A stretch of 64,000 nucleotides of DNA from the NCBI RefSeq assembly GCF_009914755.1, contig NC_060931.1; one strand, given 5' to 3'. The first letter of the stretch is position 1. The number at the start of each line of letters is the position of its first letter. The DNA comes from the human T2T-CHM13v2.0 reference genome, Homo sapiens. Under the pieces are notes generated by a model, which had not been told where the DNA came from, made no database searches, and saw only the letters and a list, made by a program, of their open reading frames with translations. A program made the translations under genes and the position numbers. Positions 26,770 to 40,780 of this stretch are shown here, piece after piece.

Positions 26770-27264
26770 CTTTTTGGTAAAAGTCATTCTAATATACGTG
26801 AGATGCTATCTCAATGTGGTTTTGATTTGCATTTCCCTAATGATTAGATATTTTAAGCATTTTTTTCACAAATATGCTAGTCATTCATATGTCTTCTTTT
26901 GAGAAATGTCTATTTAGATTATTTCTCCATTTTTTACTTGAACTATTTGCTTTCTCATTATTGACGTGTTTGAGTTCCTTGTATACACTAATTAGTCCAT
27001 TAGAAATATGGTTTACAGATATTACCTCCCACTCCATGTGTTGTTTCTTCACTTTATTAACAGCTTGGTGACCGTAGTTAATAAGAATACATTTGTCTAT
27101 TTCAAAATTGTTTAAAAAGTAGATTTTAAATGTTCTCACCACAAAATAATGGTAAGTAGATGAGGTGATGGATACGCTAATTAGCTTAATTTAATCATTA
27201 TACAAATATCAAACATCATTCTACCACATAACACTTGTAGAATTATTATTTGTCAATTTAAAAA
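26770..27264 (+). mobile_element. L1MA-type 3' end (27061-27264, +) with an inverted ORF2 piece (26770-27060, -)
   Basis: 'gtagattttaaatgttctcaccacaaaa..ggtaagt..tgaggtgatggata' is L1MA 3' UTR; 'tgatttgcatttccctaatgattag' is antisense ORF2. Confidence 0.85.
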
Positions 27265-30200
27265 GTGTCCTTTAATTTTTTTCTGTTTCCCTTTTTACTT
27301 TCTATTTTTCCTTCTTCTTGACCCCACCATTTTCTGTGTTCCTTTCCCTTGACATCCCTTAGTTAGAATCAATAATTTAAAATATTCCTTCAAGAAGTGT
27401 TCAGTCTCTTGGATTAAAAAAAATCAAACCCTGGGACAATTTGTCCTTCTTTTGCCTCTTTCCCCTAAATCATGACCTAGTGCTTATGTAGCCTCACAGC
27501 AGCAGTTAAGTACCAAAGCCCTGGAGTGTGATGTCTTCAGCTTCTTCTGTCCTCCAGAACAATATGCATTATCCATGTAGGTGCTGCTTGCCCTGTTAGC
27601 TTCTTCATTAAAGTCTGTAATTGGAACTAGTGATATTTTGATTTCATAAGGCCCAGCAGTGTTTCAAAACTGTCTCAGGCTTGTCTCAGCCCTCACTGTT
27701 TCTATGAAACTGTCTGAGATCTGCCTGCTATGCCCATATAGTCACAGGTCAGGCAGTTTCCTCTGCATGTATCAAAACAGTTTCCTGCTGTGACATTCTG
27801 ACCTCCCTGGCAGTCTCTCCAAACTGGTAGCTAGGTCTCTTTAGCTGAGTTCCGTGAAAACTAATGTTTCTGAGGAAAATGACGTATCAGGACCTCCCTT
27901 ACAGAGATCACTGAGTTGATGTGAATGTGCCAGGTTGGTGCATGGTTAGGGGCATAGCCTTCTTCCACCCTAACTTATGTAATAAACTTTCTCCTCATCA
28001 GGTTTAAATTGGGATACATTTGACAACATCATGACTCTGCTTTCATTCCTTCTCCTTTCTATTCTCCATGAACTGGAAATTACAAATATTTTTCTTCTTT
28101 TTACTATTTCCAAATATGTGAACTTACCATACATAAAATTCTTTGGCCCAGCAGGCCAAGCTTGACTCTGAACATATTAAAGGATGAAGGGGGGAAATAG
28201 ACAATTTTCTTTCAGGACAATCCTGAATCACAGTACTACTGCTTGCTGTAAAATCTTATTGTTGAACATCATATGCCTATTGTAGTTCTTTTCCTAGAAA
28301 TTATTTCGAAAACACTCCAGGGCTCTAGGAAACAGACACTGCTGACAGACCAAGAGACAGCCAAGGCATTTGGCAAGTGAGAAGCACATGAAGAACTTTT
28401 AAAATTTCAACCAGTTACATGTTCTTAGGTATTAATGGACTGTCTTGGAGATCTAAAGATTAAAGAAAAATACTCAAATGCTTAAAATGCTCAATTTGGA
28501 GAAGATGGCCAGATGATTATCTAGATCACTTTTCTCCACCAAAATGTGGGTGCATCTTGACATGGGCCTGGAGAGGAGGAGGAAAAGAATGGGTATGTTG
28601 CACAGTCATTAAAGTGTGTCTTCAGGCTCATTGTTTGATGAAAACATGCTGTTTTTCAAATACATATATCCACATGATTGTTATTGTTTCTGAACTTTTG
28701 CATAATCAATAATCCTATAATTAATACATTTTCATCATATCCAATACATTCTGCTTCTGCTTTAATTCCTCATTAACAGATTTAATAAGGAATTTGATAA
28801 GGATTTGATCTCAGAAAACTAACACCATAGAGTCTATTTAAAGAGATTTATGGCATGGAAAATCAGTAATTGTTACATACTTATCAACTTGTCCTAGACA
28901 AGAGAACAAATAGTGAAAGCTATGATTCATTTATAAATTAAAAGCTTATAAGATTTTTTTACATCCTTTATTTGTATATTTAGAAAGTGGTTAATGTGAC
29001 ATGTGACAGAATTACTGGTCATAAGTAGAAAGATATCGGGGTGTTTTCATCTCCTTCAGCCAAACACCGTAAAAGAGGACAGGCTTTATAACTGCCTTCT
29101 CGTCTGTTTATGCAAGATGTTTCAATGGGGTAGAATACCAATTTTCATACATTGACAAGGAGGTTTCAATAAATATCTAAATACTGTGTTTTTAGATAAT
29201 AAATACTTAATAACATCCAATGGTTGATTGCAGAGAAAACAGTTTGCCAAAAACCAGCTGTAGAAGAAATTAAAATGATATTTTTTCAAAGTGCAAATGT
29301 TTCCCATGATATTTACTGTGAAGGCCCTGCTAATCTTTCCATTTCAGGAAATGTGTGGAACAAAAGGTGTATTAAAGGAAAGTTAAGACCTGGGTGAAAA
29401 TTCAGAATTTTAAAAAATTTTAAATGTCAATTACATTGCTCTGTTGCCATATATCTAGATTGACGGATTGAGAATTTTTTCCATCGTGATTTTGTGAAGC
29501 AGCAGGTATTTGTAAATATAAACAAACATATAAATTAGAGCAATCATGTTACCTTCATGAAAATATTCACAAAGATTTTCTTTAATCATTAAAAAATTAA
29601 TCTGTGGATTGCTTCAATGAAATTCATCCTTGCCACTCTTCAAGTTATAGAGCTTACATGGAGATAGGTCTTTATCTTGGTCATTTATTATAGGAAAAAA
29701 ATCATTTAATACATTAGTCACAGCCTTACTATCTGTAATGCACGCTGTCAGTTAGACGAAAATATCTTGTTGCTTTTACTGACTTCAGATGATATTGAAC
29801 ATGTCTTTCAAAATTTTAATTTCATTTGTTTAAATAATATGCTAAATCACTCCCAATTTACTCACATTCAATTTTAAAACTTGAATGTGGTAATTAACAA
29901 AAGAAAGTTCAGCAGCCATTAATTACAACATATCATATACATATTAATTTACATAATTGCATTTATCAAGTAACTACCCTAAGTGTAAAATATTGCTTAA
30001 ACATTTAAAATATTTTGATATATAATGTCAAAACAAATTGAGACATTGCTTACCTTATTTAACCATTGTATAATAAATAAAATTTAAACGTCTCTGAATG
30101 CCTGAGATTGACAGCAACAAACAGATATAATATTTCATCATCCATAAGATATTGTAAATTTACAATACAATAACTGCAGGAATAAAGAAGCTCTAGTGTT

Positions 30201-30499
30201 CAGAAATTAGTGCACCATAATGCCAAATTTGAAACAAAATTAACCATTTGATTTTTAGCAAAATAATTAATTTTAAATACTTTAATTTTTTTCTTGTTTT
30301 CTAGAAATTCATTCTATGCTTGTGAAATTTGGATTTGGTTTCACGTTTGGTCAAATTTTGATTTTGCTACCTGCTTATTTGGTATTTGTCAAAATATAAA
30401 TTCAGCAGATCCTTTGTACAAAATCCAGACATTGGGAATTTGAGCCTGGAGAAGCAGCACTAGTAACTTTGAGGAAATGATAAGCTTCTCTGCACTCAC

Positions 30500-30530
30500 C
30501 TGCTCCATCGGATCTCTCCCTGCACTGCCA
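30500..30530 (-). other. Candidate 31-nt cassette exon
   Basis: Minus strand: ccttaac (branch-point-like)...ccacctttctcacatttccAG|tggcagtgcagggagagatccgatggagcag|GTGAGT. Confidence 0.4.
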
Positions 30531-31051
30531 CTGGAAATGTGAGAAAGGTGGGGTGGCAAAGACAGTAGGTAAGTTAAGGCAGGTATGAGCTGTATCCTTC
30601 TCTCACACACATTTATGTTTGTTTATTTATATATAGCTTTATATAGAAAAGAAAATACACGCAATACTACAAATAATCTAGATATGTTCATTGAAAGAGG
30701 GTAACTTAGTTTTAGATTTGAAAGGATCAGGACCACTGAAGGAAGATAAGTATAAGGCCTGTGTCCATCCCAGTCAAGTGTAGCTAAGGACACTTTTATG
30801 CCTCGTTAGCCTTATTTAACCAGAGATTAAAGCTACAACACTGCGTATGACCAGCTTTCCAAGTTAATAAGTAGAAATGACAAAATATGTTAATTAAAAT
30901 CAGTTTATAGCATATAGCATAGTATATAGTATGAAATTTGACAGAATGAACTCAAAATTTAACTACTGATATGATTTATGGTAAAACCAAGTCTGGTATA
31001 AGTGGTAAACTACCATTTCTTTTTGTAGTGCATATAGTGTAGAATTTTCAA

Positions 31052-31140
31052 ATATATATACATATGTATGTGAATATATATATACGTGTGTGTATATATA
31101 TGTATATGTGTGTATATATGTATATGTATACACACACGTA
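31052..31140. repeat. Mixed (TA)n/(TG)n simple repeat
   Basis: Directly visible. Confidence 0.9.
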
Positions 31141-33299
31141 CAACCGGTGCTATAGAACTAAAACTTTGTGCAAATTATTGTCATTATAGTTTACATACAC
31201 AATCTGGTCCACTGGGTAAATACTAATTAGGCAATTGGGAATCAGGAAAAGGCCTCTGAAGGGATGATGGGGAGGAAGAAGGACAGTGGGGACAGACTGA
31301 ACCATCATAATGCATCACCACTGATTAGATGCTCTGTTTCTCACTAATCGATTACTTAAAAGCTTTGAAGAGCAAAAAGAATTATTATTCTTTATTGATT
31401 ACTTCCTTTCTTATCCTCTGATTCCTCTGTTTGCTTTGACATTTTGTAGTGATTCACTTCTTTCTTCCCAAATACAGTTTTTATACCAAACTATCAACCT
31501 GTAGAAACTAGAAAACTCAAGCTGTCCAATGCAATACATTAAGACATTTTCAACAATAAATAATGAAATAGTTTTTCAGCTCTTAAGCTTGAAACACTTT
31601 ATGTGCAACATGTGTGCACATATTTAATTCCCACAAGGTCAATTAAAACACATTTTTTTAAAACGATGACAAAATCTAGTCTTCACTGCAGTTGTCAGTC
31701 TTTGTCTTGGTTATTATTAAACCTTGAAAACTATTTATAATGCCTTCAAAAATTTCCAAGAACACCAGTAGTGGAGTGATAACTCCTGGGACTACCACAG
31801 AAAACAGTGGAACTCTAGGTTTGGAATGTATTGATCCAACCTCCTCATTTACTGATGAATAAACTAAGGGTCAGATCTGTTTGACCAAGGTCACACCATT
31901 AACTAATGGGAGGCTCTAAACAACACCCATGTTTTGAAGATTCTATTATAGACCACAGCCTCTCTCAGCAGATGCTAATTAAGTAAAACCATTGCAAATC
32001 TTCCTTTGGTCACAAAACCTGGGTCTCTACATTAGGGAAGATAACCTATTAGTTATTCTTTCCTTTGTTTTTCCTATTAAAACATGGTTAATCATTATGT
32101 AGTCATAACACAAATAATTTTTAAAGTGAAAGGTTATTGTTAAATTTTGATGACTACATAAGATACATTTTCTTCTTTTAATTTAATTTATGCTTTTAGG
32201 GAATTCCTTAAATCATTATTTGACATTCCATAGTTAATTGGAAATTATCCATATGTGCATAAACATTTTAGGATTATTAGGAGATTTCACATAGGAAAGG
32301 AACAATGATGAAGGATTCTATGTAACTAGAGTCAAAGCATAGGTCTGAAATGAATAAAATTATATCAAAGTCTATACTTTGTCCTACATTAGAAACATTT
32401 AAAAAGTTACTTAAGACATCTACAATAGATATACAAACATTCAGCAGGATTAAAGATGATAAAGCATTCACTAGAATTAAAGATTGAAGATACCATATTC
32501 AGAAATGGAAACTGGTTTATCTATTGTAGAGTAACAGAAGGCAATAAATTCAAAGTTGCTATGTTAGGCTATCCCAATTATTATTGTCTAATTTGTGTGA
32601 TCCTCAACACCATTAGATGTAAGTAATATACAATATTCAGGCTATTTGACTTATTACTTACTATGGTCTTTAGTAGGATTAGGCTAAAGTATTCTACTAT
32701 AACCTCCTCTGTTTTTAATCATGTATTAATGCATCAAATATACTTTGAAAGTCTACTAAAAGACAGACAATATTGTAGATGCTGGAGAGAAAATGGTAAA
32801 TAAAAATCATCTTTCACTTTATGATTAAGTTGGGGAGACAGATCTACTGTCAAATTAACTACAAAATAAATGTAAAAGGATTCCCTGATTCTCTACAGTT
32901 CCAATTTAGTGTCTTATACGGAGCAATTATCAATCCTCTTTAACCAAAGAGGATGAATGGGCTTAAATGCAAACAACAATTTCTGAAAAATTAATTTAAT
33001 AAGGTAAACGGGTTCCCAAAAGTAGATGTAAATATAAAGAAAGATGAGACCCAATTCTAAACATTTGTTAATTCTGTTTCTGTTCTTCAATTTTCCTCTA
33101 CTACTTGCTAGTCTCTGTGAGGACATTTTCCACATTGAGTTCCCAGTTTTCCCTCTCTCTTTCCTTTTGTTGATATGTATTTTAGAGAGGACTCAGGCAG
33201 CCCACACTGTTAGGTGAAGATAGAAAGCCTGAATATTTTCTTTTATATTGATACTTGAATTATGAACATAAGAGCAGTTCAACAGAACAGAATTATGTT

Positions 33300-34201
33300 T
33301 GCTGTTGAAATTCTTTCTTCACTCATTGCTAGGTTTGGGGCATCTATAGCAAAATGCAAACTAACAATAGAAAGACATACAAATGTATTTAATATAAATT
33401 ACAAATGCATGAAAGGCTTCAGAAATAAAAGCCTAAATAGACAAGAAAACTGTGTACTGTTGATGCTTGAACAACACAAGTTTGAACTGTGTGCGTGTGC
33501 TCTTCTGCCTCTGTTTCCCCTAAGACAGCAACACCAACCCCTCATCTTCCTCCTCCTCAGCCTACTCATCATGAAGATGAGAATGAAGATCGTTGTGATG
33601 ATCTACTTCCAGTAAATGAATAACTATATTTTATCTTCCTTATAATTTTAAAAATAACATTATCTTTTCTCTAGCTTATTTTATTATAGGAATATAGTAT
33701 ATAATACATAAAACACACAAAAATATATGTGTTAATCAATTGTTTATGTTATCTGTAAGACTTATGGTCAACAATAGGCTGTAGTGATTAAGTTTTTGGA
33801 GAGTCAAAAGTTATCAGTGAATTTTTGACCATGCCTGATGCCATCACTAATCTCCTACTTGTTCAATGGTAAACTATTTTTTTACTTAGGCTTAATAAAT
33901 ACTTGGATAGTCATGGAGAAGCATGCTTGGACAAATGAAGTATGATCTAATAGTACAAATGGTATAGGGGAATTTAGCAAGGCCTGTTTGTTCAGATTCT
34001 TCTGTGTTTCTCTGTTCAGAAAATGTTCCTTTCCTTCCAGTATAGGGAGGGCACCTCTCAAACGAGGGTCTTATGATTTATTTCAGGGGAGAAGGGCAGG
34101 AAAAATTCAAAGTGACTTTCCTAGATTTTGTTACCTGCTTCTGATGCTTTCTCAAATGCGGACATGCCATATTTTAGAGTAACTTGTCTTGAACCCCATC
34201 A
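33300..34201 (-). mobile_element. MER31/MER67-group ERV1 LTR, split by Tigger2a
   Basis: Ends 'tgccatattttagagtaacttgtcttgaaccccatca'; contains 'gaatttagcaaggcctgtttgttcagattctt'. Confidence 0.75.
33457..33876 (+). mobile_element. Tigger2a (MER28) non-autonomous TcMar element
   Basis: Terminal inverted repeats 'ctgttgatgcttgaacaac' / 'ttgttcaatggtaaact'; TA at 33455-33456; internal 'cctcctcagcctactca..tgaaga'. Confidence 0.88.
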
Positions 34202-36289
34202 ATGGAAAACCCTTCAGCCTTAGAATAGCAATGTGTACCTGTTAAACTTGTATTTTTCCTGAAACAAATTGCAGGGCTGATCAGTTCTTCTTCAGAGAAA
34301 TATAGTGCCTATGTGGTTTCTTCCACTTATCAACTTTGATATCGACTCAGATTAAAAAACAAGTCTGTAAATGCATGTGCATGCACCTGTGTGTGTGTTG
34401 CGTGTTTGTATCATTAGATGTGAGAAAAATGCTTCTTTTTAATATTAAAATTTTATAATGCTGAAATAAATTAAGCTTTGTTTAATGATTTACTACAGAT
34501 AAATTTTTGATATTAAAACTTCAGCTCTGGTAGCAAGATTTTCTTTTAAAATCTAATTTATAGATTTATATTAGTGTCTTCAAATAATGAACTATTTACT
34601 CTTTATTTTTAGGTATTTTATTTCCACTCAATTTATAGCAGTTTTATGCCAAATGATTACATTTCAGGCAAAATATCTGCTAAACGAAACTTCATGCAAT
34701 AATGACTTGTACAGTGCATTAGATTGAATGGTACACTTAGCTAAAATATTGCCCAGAAGAAAGCTTATTTTGTCAAATATTAAAAGAACAATTTTCTATT
34801 CATTCAGGTTTATTCTAGAATTTATAAATTATCAGTTTATAAAAAGTATATTAGAATACATTTAGGAATTGTTACTGCTAGTACTATTGGACGATTAGTT
34901 TTCCCAGGTGTTAAGCAATGTATAGTGCTGATTTTCATCAATCACAATCATTATATGTTGAACACACTGCTTATGGTCATTGCCTTTCTCACTACCTATT
35001 TTATCAGCAGCTAACAAATAGAGATAGTGTGCTTAATTGATAAGCACACACACAGAATTAAAAATTGTCTCTATTTGCAATAGTATAATTTAAAAGACTT
35101 TACTAGATTTTTGAATAGTTTCTACAAATGCTAAAAGTACCTAAAACGATACTAAGCTTTAATAGTTGAAATGTATTAAAAAGTATAGTCTTTTAAAATC
35201 CAAAATGGTATTCTTCACATCATTTATATGTTATCAGATGAGCTAAATATTAATTGCAAGAAAAAAACTACTTTCCAATAAGTTTTAAGTAAGGCCTTTA
35301 TTGTTATTGATTGATTACTTACTTGTTTTTACACACTTATCTCTTAAATTCTGTATCTCCAGGGAATGATTTTCTAATTATTCAGTGTGTTGATGGTTGT
35401 CATGCATCTGCCAGTGTCTGTATTTCTTCACAGATGGATAAAGGGAATTCTCTTCAGTTCTGTGTGATCCTTTAAGGGGACAAGAGGGGACAGTTTCCTA
35501 GGGCATTAAACAGAAACTGCTATCTCTTTAATCACTTAGTGTAAGTGCATGAGGTCTTTCACCTCTGTGACCCACGGTATTTGATTAGTACTAAAACTGC
35601 ATTTGATAAGTGTGTTTTATTTTTAATTTTCATTTTGTTTGTGCATTATTATGCTAAATTTAATTTAGTTTACATCAGCAACATTTCTAGATGTGGCTCT
35701 CTTTGGCTGCCTTTCAGTCTCATGGGCTATATAAAAAAGTACATAAATTATTAAGTTTAGCATCATTGAAAACATGTGCATCTATGTAAAAATGTCATAC
35801 ATTCAGTGTGGCTACCATCTGTGGTTATGGTAATATAAACCCATAAACGTGCACAATCCTATATATTGATTCAAATAAACAAAATCCACTTGGATCCATA
35901 ACCTGATATTGTGGTTTGGGTAGGTACCATTTTATTCTGTCAAACATCAAATGGGAAGAGTAATAAAATACACATATTGTTTTGGTTAGTTGACACTTCC
36001 CTTCTCTAACAACTGGGATCCACTCTTTAGAGTGAAATAACTAATTCAACATTGTGGATCAATAGCACCAAGGACTTTTCTTTGGTACTAACACTAGTCA
36101 TCATTGGAAAATATGCTTTAGTTGTACACATATTGTAATAAAGTGTTTGCACTATATTACTAATTGTACCTAGAGTGACATCTCTATACCATTTAAATTA
36201 GGGTAGAAGATAGAGAAGAAACATACGACACCCAGAGAGAAAGATATGTAATTTTAGCTGGAAGGAGGGAATGAGATGTGTATCTCTTT

Positions 36290-36651
<362 letters not shown>

Positions 36652-37104
36652 TAAACCCAATATCAAGCATTCTAAGGACTGATCAAACTATGTACGTATG
36701 TACATTTCACTTGGGTTCTTTTTGGCCTCTTCATATGGCAATGATTTTGCAATATTTTTCCTATAGAAAGAGTAGGAAAAATATTGTTTCCCTATCAAGG
36801 TTATTTAATATTTATATTTTATCACTGATAGTTTAGGAGAGGTCCCTTTAGCTTGTATTATAAAATTTAGGATTGTTGTCAAATTTGCAGTAAATTCTAC
36901 CAAGTGTTCTTCTTCTTTCTTTCTTTCTTTTTTTTTTTTTTTCATAAAAGCTTTAAGGTTTCTGGACATTTCAGATTTTCTTGGACTGTGAAGACTGACT
37001 AATCTCAATTGCCCTGCACTCATTAACTAGGGCTTTAGAAGTTGTCTGTGCAAATCACAGGGCTTGAAAAGTAAATTTCATTAGTTTCATGTTGCATTCA
37101 CCTC

Positions 37105-37290
37105 TGGAAAGACCCTATGAAGTAGGTGTTATTGTTGTTCTCATATTAGAAATAATGAAACTAAGACTTGGAAGCATCAAGAGATTGTCTCTTAGTATGA
37201 CAGAGCTAGTTATCTGGAGCAGCTTGAATTCTCGGCCAATTTATTCAATCTGATTTCAAGTCATTTGTATTAAACTACTTTGTTCTATGC
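37105..37290 (-). mobile_element. MIR
   Basis: 'ccctatgaagtaggtgttatt...gaaactaagactt...acagagctagt'. Confidence 0.7.
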
Positions 37291-37369
37291 CCTCCCCAAA
37301 ACAAGATCTGGGATCAGAGCAAGAGACGGAGAACTGCAATCTTTTTTCTCCCTCACCTTCTTCTTTGAG

Positions 37370-38166
37370 TAATAGTTCTCAAACTGTTAATCTCAGGATA
37401 CTTTTATACTCAAAAAATTCATTAAAGGCCCTAAGTTTTTGTTTCTGCGGATTATAACTACTATAACAGAAATTAAAATGGAAAAAATTAAATATACATT
37501 TATTAATTCATTTGAAAATAACAATAGTAAACTTACTACATGTAAATATATATTACACTTTTTATGAAAAACATATATTTTCCCAACAAACAAGACATTT
37601 CGGGAGAAGAGTAGAACCATTTTACATTTTTGCAAATTACTTTCATAGCCTTTTCAGATAATTATAGATAATTTTCTTCAAGATTACACTCAAACCTGAA
37701 AAATAATAATTTCATAAAAGCTAGTTGTAATGAGAAATTTAAAACAATTGGCCTATTTTGCACTTTTAAGGTTCTTTTTCATAATATAAAACTTTTCATC
37801 TGGAAAATATTGGTTCTTTGAGTTATGCAGACCTTCCAAATGTTAACATAGTTTATTATATAATGGCAAACTATCACATTCATTAATATTATCATTGATT
37901 TCATCAGAGATGTCTTAAAATTACTGTGAAGCTCACACTGTGGATGTAATTTTTCCAAAGTCCTAATTTTTGCCTGAAAGCTCACTTTATCAAAGACAAC
38001 ACATTTTTATTGAGGATACAGGTTTACTTCATTCATTTTGGAGAAAGTTTCAGCCAAATATTTAACTCTAAATTATAGGGGTTTTTTGTCAGTTGTTCTT
38101 TCAAGTAAAAATAATTTTACATGAAAAAACAAGTGACCAGTTCAACTTGTAACACAAATAAGAGTG

Positions 38167-38204
<38 letters not shown>

Positions 38205-38515
38205 AAATCATTGTAGTTTGTTGTGTGGCAGAATTGTTTTGGGCAAATTTCCCACTTTACTACACACAATATTTAAAAGCATGTATACAATTGTTGAAAT
38301 TTAGTAAAATTAATATTTTTTACTGTCTCACCAAGGAAATTCTGAAATTAAACTGGCTTTTTTTTTAAGTGCAAGATGGCAAAGAACACAATGATTGCTC
38401 TTAGAATTTGACACCACTGTTTTCATTGGTGCTAATGTGCTGGTAGTTTTTCCCACCATTGCTTTTGTGTTATCAGTGCTAATAATGTTAACTAAGTAGG
38501 ACAGATAAAAATGCA
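37370..38515 (-). mobile_element. Charlie1a/b hAT DNA transposon fossil, with (TG)n at 38168-38201
   Basis: End 'agttctcaaact..tctcagga..tttatactc' and internal 'aaaatattggttctttgagttatgcagaccttccaaatgtt'. Confidence 0.8.
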
Positions 38516-38539
38516 AGAAAAAAATGGAGTAGTGTTAAT

Positions 38540-38742
38540 TAATAAAATATGTTATTTTTATGGGTTTTACAATGTCTATGAAATTTGTTGTTTTCTGTAA
38601 TTGTAATTTATTGAATTTTTTCTCATTCTAAATAAATATTTAGTTTTGTACTTAATTTAATATTCTTAATACTGAATTCTTAAGATCTCCCACCCCCAAA
38701 TTATATAAGCTTCAGGCTCCAAAAAACTTGGATTTGCCCTTG
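38540..38742 (-). mobile_element. MER53-like hAT terminal fragment
   Basis: 'ataagcttcaggctccaaaaaacttggatttgccct'. Confidence 0.55.
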
Positions 38743-39109
38743 AGTCTCCGTGGTCATTAAATTAAATAATCTATTTAAGATTTTAGTGTGTTTTCTAATA
38801 CAAAGCATTTTATATAAATGTTAACTATTTTATTATTCCTAATGCAAAATAGAGCCACATGATTATTTAATGTTGAAAGTTTAATAGCTTCATATAATTG
38901 CACATCATATATAAAGACATAATACAAAGCATTATAGTTCTGTACACAACATCTTTATTATTTTCTACTTATCTGCACTTCTCTAGCTATAATGCTGTGA
39001 CTGCTTATTACATAGAGGCCTTCAAACCTTAGGCCAAACTTGTGCTTATTTGTGTTCTGTTTAGCATCGCCCTCAGTGATAGCTGCATATGCCTGTTTCC
39101 AAGCCAGAC

Positions 39110-39920
39110 TAATATATTAGTCACATATTCATCGAATATTTATTTGGCACTGGCTACATGCTTCAGTAATACTCCTGGCCTCAAAAAAGATAAAGGTGAG
39201 TGATAGAAATAGGGCCCTTGTCCTCACAGATCTTATAGTTTAACAAAAACAGAGATGGGAGAGTATAAACAAATAATTAAGCAACTAAGATATGTATTCT
39301 GGACACTTAATTCAAGGGACAATGAAGAAGGATAAGTGAAGAAAAGTTGGCATCATAAAAAAGTGCAAGATTTAGCCAATGGACTGGAGGATAAGAGAGT
39401 GTTCTAATTCCCAGGAACCAGTAGATAAGGGCCCTTTTGTTGTCATGTTTCTTTGCTCAAGAATGCCCTTTGCCAATAAGTGCCAGCAAACACCCATTTG
39501 TTTATGAAAGGCCAATACTAATGTTCTTTTTTATGAAGCCCATTATGACTCTACCAAGTAATTTGTTTCTTTGATATAGGTGTTTTCCTCATTTATACAT
39601 GGAGATAATCGCCTTTGATAAATGTTTAGTGCAATGCCTGTCACAAAGCTGTCATTAAATTATTGTTGTTATCATTTATATCACTGTCATTTACATCAAT
39701 ATAGTTTAACAATCTCAAGTACTCTCTGGTGTCATCATTTTCAATTATCAATTGCAACATTCACAGCATTGTATGCTTCAATAATTGTTATTAGTTAAAT
39801 AATCATTTTGCTATTTACAGATTTGTCGACAAAAGTGAAAGTTACTCCTGGTCATGGCCGAGTGCCTGAGTAATGCCAGGAGTGTAGGAGTCTCAAAGAA
39901 GCATAAATTGTTCATTTGAG
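39110..39920. mobile_element. L2/MIR fragments
   Basis: 'attcatcgaatatttatttggcac..ctacatgc' (antisense L2 end) plus a degenerate sense L2 end near 39900. Confidence 0.5.
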
Positions 39921-40639
39921 ATGAAAGGATATTCAATTATTCTGCACTGATTGGGTTTCTGAGATAAGAAACATATCATTTCTGAAGAAAGATGTCCTTT
40001 AATTGGATAAAAAAGGCAGGAAACTATATGGTCTACAGACCTTTCTAACTGTATACTTCTTTGAATAAAAACTATCAAAATGTATTCTTAATATATATGT
40101 ATTTATTTAAGTGATGGACATGTACCAGTACATTGTACACATTATAAAACATTCATACAATAGGAATACATAAAAAATAATTTTTAAGCCATATTTTGAT
40201 GTACTGCCTTTTTAACTTTATTATTAAAAGTGTACAATTATTTATCTTTGATGCGACTCTATATTTCAAATGGTCTTGAAAATTTTGGGTATTTTTATAT
40301 AATTTCTCACTATATCTCATGAGATTATAATTGACTTTACATTACAATGTGCAGTTTGAAGAGTTTATAATTGAAGAAGGTAAATCAGCTCTTTTTGTGT
40401 CTGTTTTATTTGTGTTTGCATTATGTAGTAGTATACACATCAGTCTGAGCTTTAACAGATAATTTATTTAATTGGCCATTTACTTTAAAGAAAAATTAAT
40501 ACATACAAATTGTAATATTGTATTTCTATCATGAGCAAGCCAATGATGCCTACCTTTTATGGAGACCAATGTCTTAGAATTTTATTTGTCATCTAAAATT
40601 AGAAACTATATTACAAGATTTCAAAGCAACTTTTAACAC

Positions 40640-40780
40640 TCAGCAGGCTTGTTTAAAATGTGGGTATTCCCAGGTTCCAACTGTCACAGATCCTGATTCA
40701 ATAAGCCCTCAGTTAGCTAAGGGATATGCATATTTAATGTATCACTCAAGTTATTCTGATACCCAATTAAAACTAAGAAG
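40640..40780. mobile_element. MER5A/B fragment
   Basis: 'gcttgtttaaaatg..attcccagg..ctgattcaata'. Confidence 0.55.
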
